From Basidiobolus meristosporus CBS 931.73 (taxonomy: Eukaryota; Fungi; Basidiobolomycota), in NCBI GenBank assembly GCA_002104905.1, contig MCFE01000237.1, forward strand, positions 55,707-119,706: a stretch of DNA of 64,000 bases, written 5' to 3'. A model generated the notes under the pieces. That model had not been told where the DNA came from, searched no databases, and worked only from the letters and a program-made list of their open reading frames with translations. Below are positions 53,950-62,782 of the stretch, in pieces (positions within the stretch are counted from its first letter, which is position 1; every line of letters starts with the position of its first letter). A program made the position numbers and the translations under genes.

Positions 53950-54909
53950 GGATGATCATCACCAAAGGGTGAAATCTTTATTTAAATAATCAATAAAGAA
54001 GCCAAGTTTGAATATGAATATCTGAGATGCAGGAAGCCTACAAGATAAACTTGGACTTTGCTGTATCCCAAATATCCTCAATATCAAAGTCTAGAGGAGA
54101 GTGTAGCAAGACTGCTTGTTCACTGTAGTATTTCTTGAGGAAGTTTGTGACTTGAAGGGAAGGAGAGTTTTTCAACAAGCTGGTAAATCTTTTGAGAAGT
54201 TCTTTTTCCAGAGAGAATGGCACAAAGAGTGGAATGTCCAAGTGATGTCTGAATATATGCTCTGAGAGCTCCCAATCCAGCATATTTTTGACTTCTTCTG
54301 TAAAATCTTCACCAATATCTTTGTCAAGAATAACTTCCAAGAGATCCCTGGCAATGTACTGAATGTTAATAATCTTAGGCATATGAATACCTAGGTCCTT
54401 GAGGTAGTTTCTTTGTTCTGATATTGGGAGATATCCTGCATTTCTGAAATAGCAAACAGCCCAGTTGGCAGTAGGAGGAGTATCAGGGCTGACAGGGAAT
54501 CTTCTTCTGGCTTTAGAGTGCACCGGCTTAGGAGACTGTCTTGATGGAAGGGCAGCTGGTTTTGGATGAGCTTGAAGTGCTTGAGAGTAGGTCTGAGTAC
54601 AAGTAGTAGAAGTTCCTGGTTGCTGAGAATTTTCAGATTGACTGGATGAAGAGCTAATTGAGGGGTTGCAAGGTAAGGAAGAAGCTGAAAGAGAAGTGGA
54701 GAGGGCTGGGTGAAGTTCAGAAAGAGTTTTGAAAAGAATTTGGATCTGATATTTCAACATTGAGTTTTCAGCTTCAAGAAGAGAAACTCTTTGTTCAAGG
54801 TAAGAAGTCTGTAAAGAGTGAAAGTTGGGTAAAGACATGGAAGTAATAAATAAGAAGAATGGAGTAGTTGGGGTGGGAGGGTGGGAAAATAGGTAAGAAG
54901 AAAAGAGAG
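53950..54909 (-). mobile_element. ORF1-only telomeric element, family B copy B1 (no 5' monomer)
   Basis: Shared 3' module, intact ORF 54038-54838, G4 motif, and it ends at the 24-nt R repeat. Confidence 0.9.
54038..54838 (-). CDS. ORF1-like protein of element B1, 266 aa: coiled coil, S/T/P linker, conserved C-terminal domain
   Basis: LEQRVSLLEAEN; PPTANWAVCYF...IINIQYI..DLLEVILD...IWDTA is homologous to the LINE ORF1. Confidence 0.85.
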   Translation of the reverse strand: MSLPNFHSLQTSYLEQRVSLLEAENSMLKYQIQILFKTLSELHPALSTSLSASSLPCNPSISSSSSQSENSQQPGTSTTCTQTYSQALQAHPKPAALPSRQSPKPVHSKARRRFPVSPDTPPTANWAVCYFRNAGYLPISEQRNYLKDLGIHMPKIINIQYIARDLLEVILDKDIGEDFTEEVKNMLDWELSEHIFRHHLDIPLFVPFSLEKELLKRFTSLLKNSPSLQVTNFLKKYYSEQAVLLHSPLDFDIEDIWDTAKSKFIL

Positions 54910-55977
54910 GGGGATGATAATCACCACAGGGTGAAATCTTTATTTAAATTGTAAATAAAGAAGCCAAGTTTGAATATGAATATCTGAGATAAAGTAAGCC
55001 TACAAGATAAACTTGGACTTTGCTGTATCCCAGATATCCTCAATATCAAAGTTTAGAGGAGAATGTAGGAAAACTGCTTGTTCACTGTAGTATTTCTTGA
55101 GGAAGTTTGTGACTTGAAGGGAAGGAGAGTTTTTCAACAAGCTGGTAAACCTTTTGAGGAGTTCTTTTTCCAGAGAGAATGGTACAAAGAGTGCAATGTC
55201 TAAATGATGTCTGAATATATGCTCTGAGAGCTCCCAATCCAGCATATTTTTGACTTCCTCTGTAAAATCTTCCACAATATCTTTGTCAAGAATGACTTCC
55301 AAGAGATCCCTGGCAATGTACTGAATGTTAATAATCTTGGGCATATGAATACCTAGGTCCTTGAGGTAGTTTCTTTGTTCTGAAATTGGAAGATAGCCAG
55401 CATTTCTGAAATAGCAAACAGCCCAATTGGCAGTGGGAGGAGTATCAGGGCTGACAGGAAATCTTCTTCTGGCTTTAGGGTGCACTGGCTTAGGTGGCTG
55501 TCTTATTGGGAGAACAGTGGACTTTGGATGAGCTTGAAGTGCTTGGGAGTATGTCTGAGTAAGAATGGCAGGAGTTGCTGGTTGCTGACAGTGTTCAGGT
55601 TGACTGGAAGAAGTGCTGGTTGAGGGGTTGCAAGGTAAGGAAGTAGCTGAAAGAGAAGTAGAGAGTGCTGGGTGAAGTTCAGAGAGAGTTTTGAAGAGAA
55701 CCTGGATCTGAGATTTCAACATTGAGTTTTCAGCTTCAAGAAGAGAAACTCTTTGTTCAAGGTAAGAAGTCTGTAAAGAGTGAAAGTTGGGTAAAGACAT
55801 GGAAGAAGTAGATAATAAGAAGAAAAGAGTAGTTGGGGTGGGAGGGTGGGAAAATAGTTAAGAAGAAAAGAGAGGAAAGATCTGAAATTGAAAATCTCAG
55901 AATTTATAGATGGATGGACAAGGGTAAAGGATAGATTAATCCAGGGTTAGGGAAAAATAGTTAAGAAGAAAAGAGAG
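54910..55977 (-). mobile_element. ORF1-only telomeric element, family B copy B2 (one 103-bp 5' monomer)
   Basis: Shared 3' module, ORF 55000-55800, R repeat at 55851-55874 and 55954-55977. Confidence 0.9.
55000..55800 (-). CDS. ORF1-like protein of element B2, 266 aa
   Basis: Paralogue of 54038-54838 with changes concentrated in the linker. Confidence 0.85.
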   Translation of the reverse strand: MSLPNFHSLQTSYLEQRVSLLEAENSMLKSQIQVLFKTLSELHPALSTSLSATSLPCNPSTSTSSSQPEHCQQPATPAILTQTYSQALQAHPKSTVLPIRQPPKPVHPKARRRFPVSPDTPPTANWAVCYFRNAGYLPISEQRNYLKDLGIHMPKIINIQYIARDLLEVILDKDIVEDFTEEVKNMLDWELSEHIFRHHLDIALFVPFSLEKELLKRFTSLLKNSPSLQVTNFLKKYYSEQAVFLHSPLNFDIEDIWDTAKSKFIL

Positions 55978-56003
55978 GGTTAGGGTTAGGGTTAGGGTTA
56001 GGG
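55977..56003 (+). repeat. Interstitial telomeric spacer GGG(TTAGGG)4
   Basis: Read directly; the longest internal spacer of the array. Confidence 0.95.
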
Positions 56004-56126
56004 GAGGGAAAGTCACCAAGGTAGGTGAAATCTTTATTTGAATGCAGACAAGTCTAACTACAAATAAAGAAGCCAGCTGGGAATAGAAGATTCCCAAAGT
56101 AAACACTAAGTTGAATATGAATAAAT

Positions 56127-56855
56127 CTAAGCTAAAGTTAAGGCAGTATCCCAGAGTACACTGGAGTTCAGGTTCATGGGGGAGTGAAGTAGATAAGCTT
56201 GAGATATATAATAATCTTTGAGGAAGTGGGTAACAGCAGGTGAAGGGGAGTTTTTGATAAGTGAAGTGAATCTTGAGAGCAGAGATTCCTCTAATGAGAA
56301 GGACTTGTAAACTGGAGAATCAGGAAACTCTTTAAAGGCATGGTCAGTAGGTTCCCAGTAAAACTGGTCAGAGACATTTTGAGAGAACTCTTTAGCAATA
56401 CTTTTGTCAAGTACTACCTCCAGAGTGTGATTGTTGATAAATCTCATGTTAACAATCTTGGATAAATTGTAACCTTGTTGCTTGAGATACATCCTATGCT
56501 CAGATATAGGAATGAACTCCACATTGGCAAAGTAGCAGACAGCCCAGTCAGTAGCAGGAGGCAAATCAGAAGTGGCAGGAAACTTTCTTTTAGTCTTGGG
56601 AGGAGCAGCAGGATGTCTTGAGGAAGCAGGAAAAGGCTTTTTGACAGCTTCAGAGTAGGAAGAGTGAGCAGGAGCAGATGATTCTTGGGGAGTCTTGTTG
56701 ACAGGAAGAGTTGGCACAGGGACAATAGATTCTTGCAGATCAGAGAAGGCAGAAAACAGCTTTTGAACTTGTTTCTTGAGTAAAGCATTTTCAGCTTCAA
56801 CAAGTGCAAGCCTTTCCTCAAGGAAGGAAATCTGAAGGGAATGGAGTGAAGGCAT
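56127..56855 (-). CDS. ORF1-like protein of element A2, 242 aa from the first ATG
   Basis: MPSLHSLQISFLEERLALVEAEN...PPATDWAVCYFANVEFIPISEHR...LWDTA. Confidence 0.85.
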   Translation of the reverse strand: MPSLHSLQISFLEERLALVEAENALLKKQVQKLFSAFSDLQESIVPVPTLPVNKTPQESSAPAHSSYSEAVKKPFPASSRHPAAPPKTKRKFPATSDLPPATDWAVCYFANVEFIPISEHRMYLKQQGYNLSKIVNMRFINNHTLEVVLDKSIAKEFSQNVSDQFYWEPTDHAFKEFPDSPVYKSFSLEESLLSRFTSLIKNSPSPAVTHFLKDYYISQAYLLHSPMNLNSSVLWDTALTLA

Positions 56856-56897
56856 AAGAAATAAGAAGAAGAGGGTAAGATGGGGTGGGTGGGTGGG

Positions 56898-57425
56898 AAA
56901 ATTAGCAGGGAGAAGAGAAGGAAGGAGCAAAAATTCCAGAAGTCAGAATTTATAGATGGATGGACAAGGGTAGATGGATGGATTATTCCTGGGTTAGGAA
57001 AATTAGCAGGGAGAAGAGAAGGAAGGAGCAAAAATTCCAGAAGTCAGAATTTATAGATGGATGGACAAGGGTAGATGGATGGATTATTCCTGGGTTAGGA
57101 AAATTAGCAGGGAGAAGAGAAGGAAGGAGCAAAAATTCCAGAAGTCAGAATTTATAGATGGATGGACAAGGGTAGATGGATGGATTATTCCTGGGTTAGG
57201 AAAATTAGCAGGGAGAAGAGAAGGAAGGAGCAAAAATTCCAGAAGTCAGAATTTATAGATGGATGGACAAGGGTAGATGGATGGATTATTCCTGGGTTAG
57301 GAAAATTAGCAGGGAGAAGAGAAGGAAGGAGCAAAAATTCCAGAAGTCAGAATTTATAGATGGATGGACAAGGGTAGATGGATGGATTATTCCTGGGTTA
57401 GGAAAATTAGCAGGGAGAAGAGAAG
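56898..57425. repeat. 101-bp tandem monomer x5.2, containing a minus-strand TATAAA and an internal GGGTTAGG
   Basis: Exact 101-bp period; the artefactual ORFs start at 56960, 57061, 57162 and 57263. Confidence 0.95.
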
Positions 57426-57433
57426 GGTTAGGG

Positions 57434-57953
57434 GCAGGAAAGTCACCAAGTGGTGAAATCTTTATTTACTTATGACAAGTATCTAAAGAAGCCAAGTTAA
57501 TCTGAAGTTATTCCTAGAAAGCTAGGTCTGAGAGATATCTTCCTGGTAAGCCAGGTCTGAGAGTTGAGAAGCTGAGTGGTACTATATTTCCTAGTTAGCT
57601 AGGTCTGAGAGAGGTTTCCTGGAAAGCCAGGCCTGAGAAGTGAGAATCTGAATATATCTGAGCTAAGTTATACTGGTTTGCGGTAGCTGAATAGTGGCCG
57701 GAATGGCCAGTAGACTGGGGGAACTGAGATGAATTTCTGGGCGATCACTGGCCAAATTTACTAGGCAAATCTGGCCAAGTAGCATTTCAAGGATTTCAGC
57801 CAATCAGAGCCTTTACTTTGCCCGATGGTTGATCAAGCCATCTCCCAATGAGCACACATCAATTTATTAATCAAATTTTGCTGGATCCAGGATTTGAACC
57901 CACAACCATGGGTATGGAAGGGTTAGGGATAACCACAAGGCTAAGTGTTCTTG
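57434..57953 (-). mobile_element. tRNA-derived telomeric SINE, copy C2
   Basis: About 5 differences from C3 by eye; same A/B boxes and 3' module. Confidence 0.85.
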
Positions 57954-57960
57954 GTTAGGG

Positions 57961-58353
57961 GGGAGACAGTCACCAACAGGTGAAATCTTTATTTCAGTTG
58001 AAACAAAGAAGCCAGCGCTACTGTTGTAGCTTTGATACAAGAGTGTATAGCTGAGGGGAATTTGTAGGTAAGTTAATAAGAAGTGATGATAGTTCTTCAG
58101 TGCTCAAGACACTGTTCAGTGGGAAGGGGGGTAGCAAGAGAGGTAAGAATGACTTGTGAACAACATTAATGAGGGGAATGTGATAAGGATTGATATTCAT
58201 CATAAAGGGAGTGTGCTGCTGCAGATATTGCTGCCAAAGGTCTGTCAAGTACTTCAGGTAGGCCAGCTTGGGTTTTTCTGACTGCAGAATATAGTGAGCA
58301 AACTTCTTGACTTCAGGATCTCCAAGTATAGTTCTCCAGCAGGAGTCAGGTGT
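57961..58353 (-). mobile_element. 5'-truncated LINE family D copy D1 (last ~390 bp)
   Basis: Matches 58359-58751 with about 4 substitutions and is capped by TTAGGG. Confidence 0.9.
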
Positions 58354-58416
58354 TAGGGGGGGAGACAGTCACCAACAGGTGAAATCTTTATTTCAGTTGA
58401 AACAAAGAAGCCAGTG

Positions 58417-61185
58417 CTACTGTTGTAGCTTTGATACAAGAGTGTGTAGCTGAGGGGAATTTGTAGGTAAGTTAATAAGAAGTGATGATAGTTCTTCAGT
58501 GCTCAAGACACTGTTCAGTGGGAAGGGGGGTAGCAAGAGAGGTAAGAATGACTTGTGAACAACATTAATGAGGGGAATGTGATAAGGGTTGATATTCATC
58601 ATAAAGGGAGTGTGCTGCTGCAGATATTGCTGCCAAAGGTCTGTCAAGTACTTCAGGTAGGCCAGCTTGGGTTTTTCTGACTGCAGAATATAGTGAGCAA
58701 ACTTCTTGACTTCAGGATCTCCAAGTATAGTTCTCCAGCAGGAGCCAGGTGTAGTGTGGTGTGTTCTCTTCCAGGCCTTAATCAGTGGGTTGTTGCAGTT
58801 GTGAAGTCTGAGGTATAATCTGGTTCTAAGGTAGAGAAGTCTGATCTTATAGGGCATAAACCCAAAAGCACCAAGAATAGCATGTCTGTAGGGGCATTCA
58901 GGCAAATGAGGCACCAAGGAGGTAATGCACCATACTGCAAACTTGTCAAGCTTAGTGCAGTCTCTAGAAGTAAGAGAGAGAAGTGGTAAGCCAAATTCCA
59001 GGACAGGGAAGACAAACTGCTTGAGTAGAAGGAGGCAGCTGGGAGCTGAAGTTGTAGGAGCAGTAACAGCCAGTAGCTTGTGGAGTGCCTGTCTTGCCAG
59101 GATAATTCTCTTCTTCAGGTGTGCTCCAGAGTCTAGTCCAGTAGGAAGGAAAGGAAAGCCAAGATATGTAGCAGAAACCTGAGCAGGTAGAGTGGAGTTC
59201 TCCAAGTTGATGGGAGAGCCCAAAGGTACTGTCTTTGCAATGGAAAGCTGGAGATTATTCTTCTGCAGATACTGGTGGATGGTCTGGGAGTCTTGTTGCA
59301 CATTGGAGGAGGATATTCTGATGTCATCAGCAAAGAGAGTAACCAGGCAGTCAGCTGAGAGTCTTGGGAAATCATTCAGGAAGATGGCAAACAGTATAGG
59401 ACCAAGCACAGAGCCTTGAACCACTCCATTAGGAACTGAGAACACAGCTGATTGCTCACTTGGGTGCAGAATTCTTGCTTGTGGATCCAGAAACAGAGAC
59501 CTGACAAGGAGGGTGAGAGAGGTACTGGAGAAGCATTGCAACTTGGACCAAAGCAGATTTCTGTCAACTGAATCAAAGGCCTTAGTAATATCAAACAGAA
59601 CAGAGGGATACTTGCACTGGAGAGAGTGATCTTGGCTAAGTATGACTGCATATTCCAAGGAGAGGCCAGGAACAAAGCCAAACTGTGCAGGATGAAACTT
59701 GAGGGAGTCAGAGTAGAGCTCCTGAGCAAGCAGAAGCTCAAATACCTTTCTGCAGGTGGGCAGCAGATATATTGGCCTGTAGGAGCTAGGATCCAGGTGC
59801 TTTCCTTTACCCTTGTACAGTGGCAGAACATTTGCAAAGGACCATTCCTCAGGAGTAGAAAGCTGGGCTGAGCATTGCTGAAACAGTGGAAGCAGAAGTG
59901 CAGACATGGCCTTGGTACTAGTCTTCAGAAGCTCATAGGAGATTGTGTCCACACCTGGAGCAGTAGAGTTGGGAAGCCTCTTGAGCACATTATGGATTCT
60001 CCTTTGATCAAGTGCAAGTGGGATGGGCAGAGTCTTGAAGTCAGGATGAAAGCCAGGAGTTGAGTACTGCTTTGTAGAGAAGAAGATGTTAGCCAGCTGT
60101 TCTGTTGAAGGTAACTTCCTGGAAGAGGGCCTCATTGCCCTGTAGAGTCTTGATACTGTTCTTGTTATAGAGTTGGAAGATTGCAGAGGCAAGGAACTCA
60201 TAATATGATCCCAGAGCTGAGTATGCAGAGTGTGGTGAATTGCCTTGGAGTGGTGTATTGCTGTCAGGAGGAGTTTCTCTGTTTTTGGGTTAGGGAAGCT
60301 CAGGTAGCTTTGTTGCAGGGCTGAAACAATGGATTCCCATTTTCTTGAGGTAACAGCAGTAGTCTTGCATGGCAGTGAGAGGGAGGCAGACACCAGAATC
60401 AGATGCTTCACAAAGAGCCAGGCAAAGTTGAGATCATCTGGCAGAGAAAGTAGCAAACTGGCAAGCTTCAAGTAGTTCCCAAAGTCTTTCTTCTGATTCT
60501 TGGTAGCTTTGTGGGTGAGCACAGTAAGTTTTGGCAGCTTCTTCTTCACAACTGGTTGCATAGAAAGGGACCAGGCTGGGTGGTCAGAGGCTCTCAAGGA
60601 TCCTAGCTCAGCTCCAGAGAATTGCTTAACTTCATTCACAAAGTAGAGGGCAGCAGCAGAAGGGCAGATCCAGTCAACACATCTTTTCTCAGATTGAGCA
60701 CCTAGTGCTAGCAGGTGGCTTTCTCTCAGGAAGTTCAGTAGGAATGTAGACCTTGGCTTCATTCTTGCAGTCAGAGTAGTCTTGTTCTCAGGATGGGGAA
60801 TGTTGAGATCTCCAAGCAAGATAACAGGTGTTGATATAGATTGTTGGTATTGCTGAACCTTCTGGCATATTACTTGCACTTCCTGAAGGGCTAGACTTGG
60901 AGGCAGATAGCAGAGCACCAGACTGATAGTTGGCAACTGGAGAGCAGCACAGTAAGGGGAGTAAAGAGGAACACAGAGCTGAGGAGTATTGATGGTAGAA
61001 GAGATGAAGCAGATAGAGGAGGTATTCTTTGTTCTAGGAGTAGAAAAGCAATATAGATTAGTCAAAAGTATAGAGGGTAGCTGGACATCAATCAAACACA
61101 GGAGGGAAAATCTTGAAAGAAGTCTCTCTAGAGTTGGTCTTGATGGCTGTATGCTGTTGCAGTTAAGCAACAGAACTTCAGGTAG
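58417..61185 (-). CDS. LINE ORF2: AP-endonuclease plus reverse transcriptase, 922 codons after the ORF1 stop; no AUG before residue ~140
   Basis: APE: LNCN, CLIDV, CYLPP, GDLN, VDWI, SDH. RT: APGVD, YRPIYLL, QFGF, FDITKAFDSV, GVVQGSVLGP, FADD, YLGF. Confidence 0.95.
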   Translation of the reverse strand, partial: LPEVLLLNCNSIQPSRPTLERLLSRFSLLCLIDVQLPSILLTNLYCFSTPRTKNTSSICFISSTINTPQLCVPLYSPYCAALQLPTISLVLCYLPPSLALQEVQVICQKVQQYQQSISTPVILLGDLNIPHPENKTTLTARMKPRSTFLLNFLRESHLLALGAQSEKRCVDWICPSAAALYFVNEVKQFSGAELGSLRASDHPAWSLSMQPVVKKKLPKLTVLTHKATKNQKKDFGNYLKLASLLLSLPDDLNFAWLFVKHLILVSASLSLPCKTTAVTSRKWESIVSALQQSYLSFPNPKTEKLLLTAIHHSKAIHHTLHTQLWDHIMSSLPLQSSNSITRTVSRLYRAMRPSSRKLPSTEQLANIFFSTKQYSTPGFHPDFKTLPIPLALDQRRIHNVLKRLPNSTAPGVDTISYELLKTSTKAMSALLLPLFQQCSAQLSTPEEWSFANVLPLYKGKGKHLDPSSYRPIYLLPTCRKVFELLLAQELYSDSLKFHPAQFGFVPGLSLEYAVILSQDHSLQCKYPSVLFDITKAFDSVDRNLLWSKLQCFSSTSLTLLVRSLFLDPQARILHPSEQSAVFSVPNGVVQGSVLGPILFAIFLNDFPRLSADCLVTLFADDIRISSSNVQQDSQTIHQYLQKNNLQLSIAKTVPLGSPINLENSTLPAQVSATYLGFPFLPTGLDSGAHLKKRIILARQALHKLLAVTAPTTSAPSCLLLLKQFVFPVLEFGLPLLSLTSRDCTKLDKFAVWCITSLVPHLPECPYRHAILGAFGFMPYKIRLLYLRTRLYLRLHNCNNPLIKAWKRTHHTTPGSCWRTILGDPEVKKFAHYILQSEKPKLAYLKYLTDLWQQYLQQHTPFMMNINPYHIPLINVVHKSFLPLLLPPFPLNSVLSTEELSSLLINLPTNSPQLHTLVSKLQQ

Positions 61186-61188
61186 TCA
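61154..61188 (-). promoter_or_regulatory. Putative stop-codon readthrough signal: UGA-CUA, 12-nt spacer, 7-bp hairpin
   Basis: Minus strand reads TGA CTACCTGAAGTT CTGTTGC TTAACT GCAACAG. Confidence 0.65.
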
Positions 61189-62244
61189 GGCAGAGGTTGT
61201 AGCTTCTTCAGAGGCAGCATTAACAATGTGACCTGCAGAGTCCCAGAGCTCTTCAAATGGTGCATCACTTAAGTCAGCAAGGAGGGAAATGGCATGGTTC
61301 TTGAGGAAGTATGCCACATCATAGGAGGGGGCTTGTCTCTTGATGGCAGCAAAGAAAGACAGAATGGCAACATGGGCTGGAGGCTTGTTGAACAGTAGAG
61401 AGTCAGAGGATTCAGATTCTTCAGGCACTATCTTGAAGTCAGTTTTCAGCCAGTTAAGGTTCTTCTCCACAAAGGCAACAAATGGGTCAGCAATGTTTTG
61501 GTCTAGGATAACCTCCAGAATCTTCCCTTTTCTCCAGGCCAGGTTGACAATTCTTGAGAGCTGAATATTGCATGCCTTGAGTGCTTTCCTGATGTTGGAA
61601 ATGGGGGTCCAGGGAACTTGCTTCAAGTACACCACAGTCCAGGTAGAAGCTGGTGGTAGGTTTGCTGGGGGCTTGTAAGTCCTTCTGTGTTGCAATGGAG
61701 CTGCAGTAGTCAGATTGGAGTCCACATTCTCAGTAGAAGGTTTTCTTGATGTGTCTTGCTGAATAGTACTGGAGCTGGATGTGCTGATAATTCTTGCCAG
61801 AACCTTGCCTGCATAAGTCTGAGGTATAGCTGAGGTGACTGTAGAGGTGGTGGCAGCTGGTGCAGGTGGAGAGGCAGAGACTGAAGCAGGAACTGAGGTC
61901 ACCTGGGAGAAGGCAGTAGAAGCAGGTTTTCTGGGAGGAACAGAGTTCACTATCCAGTTGTTCTGTAAAACACTGGAGTAGCTTTTCTGTGGAACAGGAT
62001 CTTGCTCTTGAACAGGAACAGAAGCAGGAGGCTGGGGCTGAGCAGAAGTGGTAAGGCAGTGGCACTCCAAGGAAGCTTTTTGCAAGGCATCTCTGGCAGT
62101 TTTCAGGGCAGTATTGGCTTCATTCTTGAGCTTCTTGCATTGGGCATCCAGTCTCTTGTTTTCAATAGCCAGGGCAGTATTGGCAGCCTCTAAATCAGCA
62201 ATTCTCTTCTCAATTGCAAGGAATCTCTGAAGAAATGCATCAGT
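61186..62244 (-). CDS. LINE ORF1 (coiled coil, low-complexity linker, conserved domain); open to the 5' junction, ATG missing
   Basis: The frame stays open upstream of the TTG at 62085 (TDAFLQRFLAIEKRIADLEAANTAL...). PPASTWTVVYL...IVNL...ILEVILD...LWDSA is shared with the A and B proteins. Confidence 0.85.
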   Translation of the reverse strand, partial: TDAFLQRFLAIEKRIADLEAANTALAIENKRLDAQCKKLKNEANTALKTARDALQKASLECHCLTTSAQPQPPASVPVQEQDPVPQKSYSSVLQNNWIVNSVPPRKPASTAFSQVTSVPASVSASPPAPAATTSTVTSAIPQTYAGKVLARIISTSSSSTIQQDTSRKPSTENVDSNLTTAAPLQHRRTYKPPANLPPASTWTVVYLKQVPWTPISNIRKALKACNIQLSRIVNLAWRKGKILEVILDQNIADPFVAFVEKNLNWLKTDFKIVPEESESSDSLLFNKPPAHVAILSFFAAIKRQAPSYDVAYFLKNHAISLLADLSDAPFEELWDSAGHIVNAASEEATTSA

Positions 62245-62260
62245 AGGGTTAGGGTTAGGG

Positions 62261-62782
62261 GGGGAGGAAAGTCACCAAGTGGTGAAATCTTTATTTACTT
62301 ATGACAAGTATCTAAAGAAGCCAAGTTAATCTGAAGTAATTCCTAGAAAGCTAGGTCTGAGAGATATCTTCCTGGTAAGCCAGGTCTGAGAGTTGAGAAG
62401 CTGAGTGGTACTATATTTCCTAGTTAGCTAGGTCTGAGAGAGGTTTCCTGGAAAGCCAGGCCTGAGAAGTGAGAATCTGAATATATCTGAGCTAAGTTAT
62501 ACTGGTTTGCGGTAGCTGAATTGTGGCCGGAATGGCCAGTAGACTGGGGGAACTGAGAGGAATTTCTGGGCGATCACTGGCCAAATTTACTAGGCAAATC
62601 TGGCCAATTAGCATTTCAAGGATTTCAGCCAATCAGAGCCTTTACTTTGCCCGATGGTTGATCAAGCCATCTCCCAATGAGCACACATCAATTTATTAAT
62701 CAAATTTTGCTGGATCCAGGATTTGAACCCACAACCATGGGTATGGAAGGGTTAGGGATAACCACAAGGCTAAGTGTTCTTG
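62261..62782 (-). mobile_element. tRNA-derived telomeric SINE, copy C3
   Basis: A box at 62762-62772, B box at 62719-62729, internal AGGGTTAGGG at 62748-62757, shared 3' module. Confidence 0.85.

Larger units (their letters stand above)
56004..57425 (-). mobile_element. ORF1-only telomeric element, family A copy A2 (five 101-bp 5' monomers)
   Basis: Shared 3' module, ORF with ATG at 56855, tandem monomers at 56898-57425. Confidence 0.9.
58359..62244 (-). mobile_element. Autonomous non-LTR retrotransposon (APE-RT LINE) family D copy D2, truncated within the first codons of ORF1
   Basis: ORF1 and ORF2 intact, 58-nt 3' UTR with the shared module, no poly(A), TTAGGG on both sides. Confidence 0.93.

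Noticed and set aside
56004-56100. Hammerhead ribozyme in the shared 3' module
   Set aside because: GAAA is present on one strand but there is no CUGANGA core in a suitable position. An Infernal search would be the definitive test.
56444-57031. Alternative-frame and antisense ORFs over elements and genes (also 63235-63612, 61730-62065, 3894-4427 and similar)
   Set aside because: They are shadows of real ORFs with biased composition and no recognisable motifs.
56898-57425. CRISPR-like array (also considered for the recurring 3' module)
   Set aside because: The units are contiguous with no unique spacers, there are no cas genes, and the context is eukaryotic.
56960-57475. Four repeated 65-70 aa plus-strand ORFs (MDKGRWMDYSW...)
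   Set aside because: They recur at exactly 101-bp steps and are by-products of the tandem monomer on the non-coding strand.
58417-61185. Penelope-like (Athena/Coprina/Terminon), telomerase, or MoTeR-type RT
   Set aside because: An N-terminal APE domain and LINE-type RT motifs are present, and no GIY-YIG or C-terminal restriction-like endonuclease motif was seen.
61186-61188. Genetic-code reassignment (TGA=Trp) explaining the ORF1/ORF2 stop
   Set aside because: Host genes here use TGG for Trp and the DusA gene ends in TGA, so the code is standard.
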